Positions 9,961 through 17,949 of a DNA stretch of 47,941 nt are shown here, piece after piece; the first letter of the stretch is position 1; the number at the start of each line of letters is the position of its first letter. Source of the DNA: a virus (taxonomy: Duplodnaviria; Caudoviricetes); IMG/VR virus record IMGVR_UViG_3300031707_000029, positions 1 to 47,941 of that record. One strand, 5' to 3'. The translations under genes were made by a program, and so were the position numbers. The notes under the pieces are model-generated. The model ran no database searches and was not told where the DNA came from. It worked only from the letters and a program-made list of their open reading frames with translations.

Positions 9961-10667
9961 AGGATCTCCTCGGCCTCGGCCGTCTCGAAACAATCCAGCG
10001 CCGATCCGGACGTGAGGTTGACGACGCGGATACCGGCGGCCGCGATCCGCGGCGCGACCGTCTGGAAGCGATTGAGGAATCGGAGGAGGTGCTCCGGCGG
10101 TTGTGGTCCGCTGGGGTGCGGAGGGTGCCAATGGGTTTGAGTCCCTTCGTCGACCGGCCGGTGCCGCATGTCGAAGCCGACAAGGTAGATGGGATTGGCC
10201 CCGAGGACCACGGCGAGCTGAAGGCCGAGGTAGCCGACGTTGTCGCCATGCGGGAGCCCCTCGACCGAGGAGAAGACGAAGGAACGGAACGAGGCTGAAA
10301 GGGTCCGGTATAAGGGGACGATGAGCATCCCGGCCGGCAAGGAACAGGGATATTTGACGTACCATGCTTTGAGCGCCAGGCTGGCGAGGAAGCGGTCCCG
10401 GCAGCCGGGCATCCGGTCCTCATAGTCGCCGCTGAGGATCCAGTCCAGACACTCGAGGTCGGCGCCGAGGATGACCGTCGGATCGAATCGCATGAAGGCC
10501 AGGTTGGTGCCGATCGTGCGCCAGCCCTTGAGGAGCCGGACATCGAAGTCGCCAAAGCTCGGCCCGCCGCCCACGACGACCGCCGCCGATCCCCGCCACG
10601 AACCGTCCGGCAGCACGTCCGAGAGCCGGCGGTTGGTGAAGAAAGGAGAAGCGAATTTGTGCTTCAT
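9954..10667 (-). CDS. DUF115/Maf-like (sialyltransferase-like fold) glycosyltransferase
   Basis: AVVVGGGPS, TIGTN, LQLAVVLGANPIYLVGFDM, VVNLT motifs. Start reassigned to MKHKF. Confidence 0.72.
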   Translation of the reverse strand: MKHKFASPFFTNRRLSDVLPDGSWRGSAAVVVGGGPSFGDFDVRLLKGWRTIGTNLAFMRFDPTVILGADLECLDWILSGDYEDRMPGCRDRFLASLALKAWYVKYPCSLPAGMLIVPLYRTLSASFRSFVFSSVEGLPHGDNVGYLGLQLAVVLGANPIYLVGFDMRHRPVDEGTQTHWHPPHPSGPQPPEHLLRFLNRFQTVAPRIAAAGIRVVNLTSGSALDCFETAEAEEILC

Positions 10668-10669
10668 GT

Positions 10670-11296
10670 TCAGGGGGCCATGATGAAGGGCATCTTTTCG
10701 GAACGGAAGAGCTTGAGGATGGCGTCCACCTCCGCCACGCCCGTGAGTCCTTCGGCGCCGGCCAACTCCGATGCCAGCGAATACGAGTAGCGCCCGATCG
10801 TCTCGCTCTGCATGTTGATCACGTAGGAGGAGGGGTCGTTTATCGCTTCGACGAAAATCCGAACGGCCCGTTTGATCCAAGCCGGCACGGTCGTCTCGCC
10901 GTAAGTGCCGACGACGCGGATGTTATTGAATCCGCGCGGGAAGATCCCCTGGGCCGACGTTTCCGAAAGCAGGTACTGGAGCTCCACGCCCGTCTGAGCA
11001 TCGAGGTTGACATAGAGGGAATCGATATCGAAGGCATACCAGGTGGCATCCATGAGAAGGTTGAAGACGTGGACGGTGGTGACGGTGAGGAGCGGGGCGT
11101 TGAGGCCGAGAAAGATGCGGTTCTTGTCGTTCCCGTTGAGGTGCAGGTCGAGGGCTTTGGAATAGAAGTGGCGGCCGAGGACCTGTTCGACGATCGCTTC
11201 GGCCGCTTCGATGGCCTCTTGCTTTTGAGCCGCCGTCGTGCCGGCGGGCCAATTGGTGACGTCCGTCTCGCTGATATAGTGGCCGGTGTAAGGCAT
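10670..11296 (-). CDS. Head-tail adaptor/connector
   Basis: YISETDV...AEAIVEQVLGRHF...FPRGFNNIRVVGTYG...SETIGRYSYS; GGAGG RBS. Confidence 0.8.
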   Translation of the reverse strand: MPYTGHYISETDVTNWPAGTTAAQKQEAIEAAEAIVEQVLGRHFYSKALDLHLNGNDKNRIFLGLNAPLLTVTTVHVFNLLMDATWYAFDIDSLYVNLDAQTGVELQYLLSETSAQGIFPRGFNNIRVVGTYGETTVPAWIKRAVRIFVEAINDPSSYVINMQSETIGRYSYSLASELAGAEGLTGVAEVDAILKLFRSEKMPFIMAP

Positions 11297-11432
11297 CCGC
11301 CGTATCCTCCTTTTGGCAGAAGAGCAGGGCCTCCTTTATCAGTCCCCAAGGGGATCCACCCAGATCCCCGGAGGCCGACCGTATATCGGTGGGGGCCGGG
11401 AGGCCCTTGCTTACACCCGAACCGCTCTTACC

Positions 11433-12215
11433 TTAGATGACGCGGTACTGGACGGCCTTGAGGTAGTCGATCCAGAGGGACTTGGCCGCGGCCTCGCCGT
11501 TCCGAATCCCGAAGCCCGGGGCCAGAAGGTCGGCGGCGTCGTCGGGAATGTAGGTCGTGACTTCGTGGACGGCCGTGCAGACTTGCGAGGGCACGCTGTC
11601 GGTGAAAACGAAGAACCGAACCGTACCGGCGCCGTCCCAATGGATCCCGAGCCGGATCCACGTCAGGTTCGCCAGGCTCACGCCCAGCGAATGGGCCGCG
11701 GCGACGTCCCCATCCTCGGTCACGCCGTAGAGCGCGGCGCTCCCGTCCACCTTCAAGAAGTAGGCGCCGTTCTGAACGCCACCCCCGAAGTAACCGGCCG
11801 TGTCGTCCACCAACCCGAACCAGAGGTCGCTTTGGAGCACATCGGAGACCTTGATGCGGACTTCGAAGTAGAGCGGGAAACCCTTCTTGAGGTTGAAGGT
11901 CTTGACGGCCCAGACGAGTTCGTCCGAGTCATCGTCGGCGACGTCGTTGGTGACGAGCAGGACTCCGTTCACCATGTCGATGACGGCCTCGCTCGCCGCC
12001 CCGCCGCCCGCCTCCGTCGTCGTCACGGTCCAGTCGGCGACCGTGTAGCTGTCGAAGTCGGTTTCCAGCCGGTGTCCATCGACGATGTCGTGATCCCCGA
12101 GGAGCCACCTCAACTTGTCGTGGTTGATGTTGTAGTTACAGAAATTGAAGTCGCGGAAGTGGAGCTCGGGCTGCGCCGTCCCGGCATTTGCGTGCGGGAA
12201 ATGTTCGCTATCCAT
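11433..12215 (-). CDS. Putative capsid decoration protein (ConA-like beta sandwich)
   Basis: Acidic, beta-rich 260 aa two genes after the capsid gene; LYFEVRIKV...WIRLGIHWDG...LWIDYLKA. Confidence 0.5.
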   Translation of the reverse strand: MDSEHFPHANAGTAQPELHFRDFNFCNYNINHDKLRWLLGDHDIVDGHRLETDFDSYTVADWTVTTTEAGGGAASEAVIDMVNGVLLVTNDVADDDSDELVWAVKTFNLKKGFPLYFEVRIKVSDVLQSDLWFGLVDDTAGYFGGGVQNGAYFLKVDGSAALYGVTEDGDVAAAHSLGVSLANLTWIRLGIHWDGAGTVRFFVFTDSVPSQVCTAVHEVTTYIPDDAADLLAPGFGIRNGEAAAKSLWIDYLKAVQYRVI

Positions 12216-12549
12216 GGTATTGTTCCTCCAAAATTTTAATGAGACATGCCTTCTTCATCGTGAAGGCCCCGGGCACGTGGATCTTACCTGCCAACCGTCG
12301 AAGGGCATTGATGGGAAGAGTCGAGAACGCCGGCTCCGTCGAAGGACGGGCCGGAGGAGCTGTGGTCGATACCGAGACCGGGTTATCCGGCTTCGATAAG
12401 TCCTTGAAACGCAAGAACGGAAACCGTTTGAGCTCCTCTATCGCTTTTGGATTTTCGATCTGCCGACGCTGGCCATGCTGGAATAAAATGTCCCCAATGA
12501 TGGTCGGAAGCGATCGCCGCGGTCCGAGGTTCGTGATGACTGTCGACAC
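12208..12549 (-). CDS. Small head-associated protein with C-terminal Rho-N/HeH-like domain
   Basis: LPINALRRLAGKIHVPGAFTMKKACLIKIL resembles the Rho N-terminal helical motif; directly after the capsid gene. Confidence 0.6.
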   Translation of the reverse strand: MSTVITNLGPRRSLPTIIGDILFQHGQRRQIENPKAIEELKRFPFLRFKDLSKPDNPVSVSTTAPPARPSTEPAFSTLPINALRRLAGKIHVPGAFTMKKACLIKILEEQYHG

Positions 12550-12583
12550 GTCTCTCCTTTACTCGACCGAACGCCTTGCCAGG

Positions 12584-13693
12584 TTAGCAGGCGTGCTCGA
12601 GGCACCGGAGCAGGACGACGGCATCGACGTTTTCGATGGCCCAATCGACCCGCATGGAGAAGAAGACGTAGGTGGCCTCGTCCGCCGCTTCCCGCTTGGA
12701 TTCCAGTTTGATGTCTCGCTGGATCCCGACGATAAGATTTCCCTTCGGAGTGAGCAGAACGTCCGTGTAGGCGCCCGCGCCCAGGACCCCGTCCGTCCCC
12801 GCGCCCGGAGAGCCGAGGGTGATGGGCATGAGGGGAACGTCGAGGATCTTCACCCGGTTATACATGGGCTGAGCGGTGCCCAGGAACACGGCGTCGCCGA
12901 GGACCGTTCCTCGGGACGAGAGCGCGGCCAGGTAGTCCTGGGTCACGAGGTCGGAGTTGAGGAAGCTCATGTTGGCGAGCCCGTTGTTGGCCTTGTAGAC
13001 GGCGGGCATCGTCTTGAGCATCATGTGGTACTTGAACTCCCAGTCGTAGGGCTCCGCCGCCTCCCGTTCCGCAATCAGGCCGGCCGCATTGAAGGGGCTC
13101 CCCGTGGTGCCGCCCGTGCAGGCTTCGAGGAGGTGAGCGGCGCCGGTGACGTTGTTGTAGTACGTCTGCCCGACGGCCGAGTGCGTGATCCGATACCGCC
13201 ACCCGTCCCACATCCCGCGGATGTCGTCGGCCGCAAAGCCGTTGAGGGCGTGCGTCTCGGCGATCCAAGCCGCCACTTCCAGCTCGTTGGCCATCTTGGC
13301 CGTGATGAGCTTCATGAGCTGGTCCTTGTATTCGGCCTCGGTGGTCACTCCGGCGATGTCCTCGAGGTCGTCGTCGAAGATGGCCACGCAGCCCCGGATC
13401 TTCTTGGTGTTGAGCGGGATCCGGTTGTGGGTGAAGGTTTTCTTGTACTTCGTCTCGTCGAAGTGATCGGCGGGGAACAGGAACGATCCGGCCCCGAATC
13501 CCAGGGCCCGGATGTTCTTCTGCGGCAGTGTCATCCGTTCAATCCGGGCATAGCCCTTCATGACGGATTGGTCGACGAGGTAGGTGATGAACCGGTCCGC
13601 CTCCTGCTCGACCAGCGAGATCGAGGGCAGGGAGATCAGGTTGAAGCCCTTGCGGATCTTGAATTTTTCGAGCAGCCGTTTGGTCGTGTTCAC
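12584..13693 (-). CDS. Major capsid protein (HK97 fold, PBSX XkdG-like)
   Basis: 369 aa; EQEADRFITYLVDQS, ITAKMANELE, LLTPKGNLIVGIQRDIKLE, RVDWAIENVDAVV; follows the scaffold gene. Confidence 0.88.
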   Translation of the reverse strand: MNTTKRLLEKFKIRKGFNLISLPSISLVEQEADRFITYLVDQSVMKGYARIERMTLPQKNIRALGFGAGSFLFPADHFDETKYKKTFTHNRIPLNTKKIRGCVAIFDDDLEDIAGVTTEAEYKDQLMKLITAKMANELEVAAWIAETHALNGFAADDIRGMWDGWRYRITHSAVGQTYYNNVTGAAHLLEACTGGTTGSPFNAAGLIAEREAAEPYDWEFKYHMMLKTMPAVYKANNGLANMSFLNSDLVTQDYLAALSSRGTVLGDAVFLGTAQPMYNRVKILDVPLMPITLGSPGAGTDGVLGAGAYTDVLLTPKGNLIVGIQRDIKLESKREAADEATYVFFSMRVDWAIENVDAVVLLRCLEHAC

Positions 13694-14508
13694 GCGGCAC
13701 CTCCTTCCTCTTCCTCCGAGCCGATGTTGAACGACGGCCAGTTATCTTCGACGGGCTTGCCGTCGTCGCCGTCGGCGCCGCCCTTGTCGTCCTTGAGGCC
13801 CTTGGAGACCACTCGCTTGCCCTTTTTCAGGGCTTCGATCTCGGTCTTCACGGCCTTTAGTTCGTCGAGGATCGGTTTGAGGAGCGCGGAGTCGGCGGCC
13901 TTCTTGACCTCCACCTGGTCCTTCGTCTTGTATTCCTCGAGCTCCGCGAGCTTGAGGCGCGTCTCGGCGGACAGGTTCTCTTCGCCGCCGTCGTCCTTCT
14001 TCTCCACGATGGCTTCACCGAGGAGCGTTTCCAGGATGTCCCGGGCCTTCGCCAGCCCCTTCGAACCTCCGACGGCGCCGGCGATGAAGTCGCGGAGCTT
14101 CTTCAACTCGTCGACCGTGGATTTGGACAGCCGGGCGCCGATCTTCTTGATCGTCAGCTCCTCCGCCTTCTCGACCTTCTTGTCCTTCTTCTCCGGAGCG
14201 CCGAAGGACGCATACTTGCCCAGCGCCTTCACCGCGTCCTTGACGTCGGCCGGCATGTCGCTGAGGTATTTCTTGAGCAGGTTCAGGGCGCCTTTGATGG
14301 CGTTAAGGGCGTCTTCGGGGAGGTCGGCCTTCCGGAGCCTTTCCATCACCTCCGCCGTGATCTCCTCTTCGCCGTAAATCGCTTTGAGAGTCTCGAACAG
14401 TTCGTCCACGTTAACCCTCCTTTTGATGATGGCGAATTTCTTGCGGTTGGCCGCGCGGTCTACCAAAGAGATCTCTTCGGCCTCGATGTCGACCAGTTTC
14501 CTCGCCAT
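13690..14508 (-). CDS. Scaffold protein carrying the prohead-protease serine segment at its N-terminus
   Basis: N-terminal EEISLVDRAAN (S78/XkdF-type Ser motif), then a charged coiled-coil; translationally coupled to the capsid gene. Confidence 0.75.
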   Translation of the reverse strand: MARKLVDIEAEEISLVDRAANRKKFAIIKRRVNVDELFETLKAIYGEEEITAEVMERLRKADLPEDALNAIKGALNLLKKYLSDMPADVKDAVKALGKYASFGAPEKKDKKVEKAEELTIKKIGARLSKSTVDELKKLRDFIAGAVGGSKGLAKARDILETLLGEAIVEKKDDGGEENLSAETRLKLAELEEYKTKDQVEVKKAADSALLKPILDELKAVKTEIEALKKGKRVVSKGLKDDKGGADGDDGKPVEDNWPSFNIGSEEEEGGAA

Positions 14509-14722
14509 TCATTTTCTCTCTGTTCGCTTAGGAGCACAGCAAGAACGTGTCTCGGAAGTGTTGGCTTGGGTTCCCGATGGCGCGACCTGCCCGCGTTTTG
14601 AGCGCGGCGCGGTGTGCCGTTTGGTCGATCGGATGGCGTGTCCCGCGGCCTCGGGGCCTCGCAAGGCCGACCGCGGATCATCCCGGCTCCGAATCCTAGA
14701 GACTCAGCACCGTTCGCTTTAA

Positions 14723-14751
14723 CCTATAGGCCATCGGGTTTGGTTTGTCAA
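14723..14751 (-). promoter_or_regulatory. Sigma70-like promoter for the scaffold-capsid-tail operon
   Basis: TTGACA-17 nt-TATAGG on the minus strand, with an A-tract upstream. Confidence 0.6.
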
Positions 14752-14762
14752 GGAATTCTTTT

Positions 14763-14791
14763 TTGACTTCCTTCGAACCGCATGTTATCCT
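14763..14791 (+). promoter_or_regulatory. Divergent sigma70-like promoter (extended -10)
   Basis: TTGACT-17 nt-TATCCT, preceded by TGn. Confidence 0.55.
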
Positions 14792-15059
14792 TCCTCTCTC
14801 CTGGGCCTCTTGTGACGGTCGGCTGGATCCTTCAAGAGGGAACGGAAAACAGGGTTTTCTGGATCACTCGGGCAAGAGCAGACCCGAAGAGGATAACGGC
14901 CTGAAGAGCGGAACCAATCCCGGGAAAAAACATCCGCCCCCAGGTATTTTCCTTCCCCCCGTCAAAAATCCGCCGGCGAGCCCCTCGAAATACCGCGAAA
15001 TAATGCGAGAGACGCATTTGAGCGGGTTTTCCTGCCGGGGTCGGTGACAGAGTAGCGGG

Positions 15060-16568
15060 TTAAGGGGTCGAGGCCCGTCCTCCGATAGAAAAGCCGGTTA
15101 GACGCCCCTCCTCCACTTCCGTCCAAACGTCGGGCGAAGTGACCTTCACCATCATCCACCAGGAGCCGGCCGGGATCACCTGGTCGCCCTTCTTCGTGTC
15201 GTGCTCCGGTTGGAAGACCTCGAGGATCGGAAAGTAGTGCGCCTGCCCCTTGTGCATCACCTTAATCCGCTTTTGGTCGACGGCATAGCGAAGCATGAAG
15301 CGGTACATCGCCTTCTGGATCTCAGGGGCGTCCGTGTAGTCGTCCTGAGTGTCCCGGACGTTCGGCTCATAGACGAGCCCGCCGACGATGTGCTCCTTTT
15401 TGTCGATCTTGAGGAACCGGAACTTCGTCGTCGTCTTTTCCACCTTCTCAGGGACGCCCTCGTGTCCGAAGTGGCCGGATCCCGGACCACCCTTCTTGAC
15501 GCCCAATCTCGCCTCGAGCATCTTGCCCGCTTCCGTTTCAGCGATCTTCGTACCCCATGTTTTTTCGCCGGCCTTCTCTCGATAATTCGCCGAATATACG
15601 TTAGCAAAAAACTCCTTCAGTGTACCGGATGAACCGCCCTTCGTATATCCCTGCAACGAATCATCTTTTCGACCGCCCTTCACGTCACGGTAATACTTAT
15701 CCCAATTGCCCCTTTCCGTCTCACTCAACTTCCCGTGCCAAACCGAATGACCCACCTCGTGCAGCACGACGTCCTCGTTCTGCTTTACATTTCCCTTTAC
15801 ATGAAGCCCATCGTTCGGCGTCCCCGGTTTGTTGATATTAAACCCGTACACCCTACTTGGATTTATTAATCCGCCACTTTCTCTCGTCAACGTCGTAGCA
15901 AAACTTTGATCATCATGGTAGAACACGTTCAGCCCTTCCGTGTCTGCCGCTGGCACTTTTTCCAAACTCGCCTCAAGTTCTTTTATGTTCCCCGCGATAA
16001 CCTCTTCCGACTCTTTCGACGACACGGATACTTTAATCCCGCGCCCCTCAAGCCCCCCGCCGCCTGGCCCACTTCCGCCAACCTCGCCCGGAATGCCCTC
16101 ATGACCGAAATTCCCTGATCCTTCCCCGCCTTTCTCAACCGCGTCCTTGTGCTCCTCAATCCACTCCCGCGCTTCGCCCATCGTCCACTTGTCCGTGTCG
16201 AACAGGTACGTGACGACCTTCTTCGATCGGATGTCCTCGAGCGCCTTAATCCCTTGATCCTCCGAAATGGTGATGGTGCGGATCTCCGCGTTGGCTGGCA
16301 TCGGCTGGACAGGGATCCGGTGGTAGGCATCGGTCGTCTCTGGCTTGGAGATCCTCACCGAGGCGTCCGCTTTGACGACCGTCCGGGAGCCTGGCAGGGC
16401 CTTCATGACGGCGAGGGCGGCATCGGCATCCTCGGCGGTCTCGAAAAAGCCGGCCGTCTGACCAAAGCCCCAGGTCTGGAATACGAGATCTCGCTTTTGA
16501 ACCATAGGTTCCTCCTGCTCGTCGAATTCTAATTCCTCTTCCTGCCAACCGAACCGCTTATCCAGCAT
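15060..16568 (-). CDS. Prohead protease polyprotein: N-terminal domain, motif-flanked HExxH metallopeptidase, C-terminal XkdF-like (peptidase S78_2) domain
   Basis: C-terminal IVGGLVYEP..DTQDD..EIQKAMYRF..MHKG..GSWWMMVKV..VWTEVEEGRLTGFSIGG. Internal VLHEVGH...KEFFA. Two GGxGSGxFGHEG motifs. Confidence 0.82.
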   Translation of the reverse strand: MLDKRFGWQEEELEFDEQEEPMVQKRDLVFQTWGFGQTAGFFETAEDADAALAVMKALPGSRTVVKADASVRISKPETTDAYHRIPVQPMPANAEIRTITISEDQGIKALEDIRSKKVVTYLFDTDKWTMGEAREWIEEHKDAVEKGGEGSGNFGHEGIPGEVGGSGPGGGGLEGRGIKVSVSSKESEEVIAGNIKELEASLEKVPAADTEGLNVFYHDDQSFATTLTRESGGLINPSRVYGFNINKPGTPNDGLHVKGNVKQNEDVVLHEVGHSVWHGKLSETERGNWDKYYRDVKGGRKDDSLQGYTKGGSSGTLKEFFANVYSANYREKAGEKTWGTKIAETEAGKMLEARLGVKKGGPGSGHFGHEGVPEKVEKTTTKFRFLKIDKKEHIVGGLVYEPNVRDTQDDYTDAPEIQKAMYRFMLRYAVDQKRIKVMHKGQAHYFPILEVFQPEHDTKKGDQVIPAGSWWMMVKVTSPDVWTEVEEGRLTGFSIGGRASTP

Positions 16569-17949
16569 CAACCGCCTCCCTTCCTCTGTCCGATAAGACG
16601 AATAGTGGCGGTTTTATTCTTCTTGTCTACGTTTACGACGTCAAACCGACTACTGCGGTCCAAGATCAATTCCATCTCCGATCCGATCCCGCTGGCACGA
16701 TGACCAACATAGAGCGCCCGCGTCCCTTTGGGTACTTCGACTTTGACCATACAGTTTCCGAATGAACCATCCGCCGCCACCGTTCGGCTAAGGGAAGTCG
16801 AGACATAGGCGCGGTCTTTAAATTTCCCGCCTTCCTTCATCTTCCCGAATGTTTTTTCGTCTAATCCTCGATAAGCAATGACGTGTTCTTGGAGAGTCGA
16901 TTTATCCATGACGGAATCCATCATCCGTACTTGGTCAGGTGTCTCACCATAGGATGAAAAGATGCCCTCTTCGGTTCGTTCCTGACGGAGTACGCCGTTG
17001 ATATCCCGATAGGCATAAGCCTGGTAATTTGCCACCCCATTCCGCTCCGCAGAGGACAAGGTAACGCCAGGATTCAATGTCTCCTCGCCCCATTCGTTGA
17101 TTCGATGGAGGGCTGGGGTCTCGATATCTCCTTGGCCGACCGCGCCGAAATCTTTATATCCACCTCCTCCCCCTTCACCCGATCCTCCAACCTCGCCCGG
17201 CCGTCCCTCGTGACCGTAGTTGCCCGAACCGGCTCCGCCCTTCTCGATAAAGGTGAGGTCTCTTTCACTCCATATGAAACGACGGATGGCATCCATGATT
17301 ATTTCACGATCCTTAATGTTATTTTTTCGGCAGATTTACTTACTACTTTGAATTTAGTATTGCGTGGGAGGATAGCCTCCTTTTGGCCATGGTATTCGGG
17401 ATTGCCGAGGCGCCTTGCCATTGGGAGATAAGATTGACCTTTAGGAGCACGGATTATCACGTGAATGGGATTTTCGGAAATACCGCCCCCGCTCATCTGA
17501 TTTTTGACAGTAGCGAACCCTTCCTGGTTCCTGGATGTCGAGACGAACGCCTTATCCACGAAAGTTGCCCCCACTTCTGGGAAGAAATCCTCGTCAACCG
17601 CTCGGTGAAAGTCCGTCGGATTATCCGTAACTGGTCCACCCCTGAAAGCCTTATCCAGGGCCTCCATTTCCCGAGCCTCGGCATATTTCGGTGTCTGGCC
17701 TAATCGCAGAGTTGAGTTTACGGAAGGATCAGCCGTATAGTTCCAAATATCCGCAACCTCACCTTCACTTAATCTCGAGGCCACACGATCCGCATTCTTA
17801 CCAGCATCCGAATCAGATACCGTCGCTCCTCCGCCGTTTTCCTCTTCGTCGTTTCCTTCTCCACCGTTTCCCTCTCCTCCTTCACCTGATCCTCCTACCT
17901 CCCCTGGCCGACCCCCATGCCCAAAATTCCCGGAGCCCTCTCCACCTTT
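15449..17949 (-). repeat. Four copies of the coding repeat K-GGxGSG(N/H)(F/Y)GHxG(R/I/V)P(GEVGGSG)
   Basis: Copies at about 15449-15497 (truncated), 16056-16133, 17160-17243 and 17870-17949, in three adjacent genes. Protein-level conservation with synonymous divergence. Confidence 0.95.
16568..17296 (-). CDS. ADP-ribosyltransferase (VIP2/Alt-like, R-STS-ExE) with N-terminal GGxGSG motif
   Basis: YRDINGVLR, IAYRGL, AYVSTSL, SEMELILDR. Confidence 0.88.
   Translation of the reverse strand: MDAIRRFIWSERDLTFIEKGGAGSGNYGHEGRPGEVGGSGEGGGGGYKDFGAVGQGDIETPALHRINEWGEETLNPGVTLSSAERNGVANYQAYAYRDINGVLRQERTEEGIFSSYGETPDQVRMMDSVMDKSTLQEHVIAYRGLDEKTFGKMKEGGKFKDRAYVSTSLSRTVAADGSFGNCMVKVEVPKGTRALYVGHRASGIGSEMELILDRSSRFDVVNVDKKNKTATIRLIGQRKGGG

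Noticed and set aside
12188-14377. 729-aa plus-strand ORF (and similar long plus-strand ORFs at 2970-4175, 6794-8089, 22137-23753, 26003-27262)
   Set aside because: Antisense shadows of well-supported minus-strand genes in GC-rich DNA; no motifs or RBS.
14901-14930. Hammerhead ribozyme-like CTGAAGA...GAAA
   Set aside because: Stem II lacks the closing G-C pair, and no convincing stems I and III with a cleavage triplet were found.
14509-15059. Self-splicing intron rejoining the two protease halves
   Set aside because: No recognisable group I core elements or group II domain V. The region holds two promoter-like sequences and both flanking ORFs have a proper stop and start. Not formally excluded without RT-PCR.
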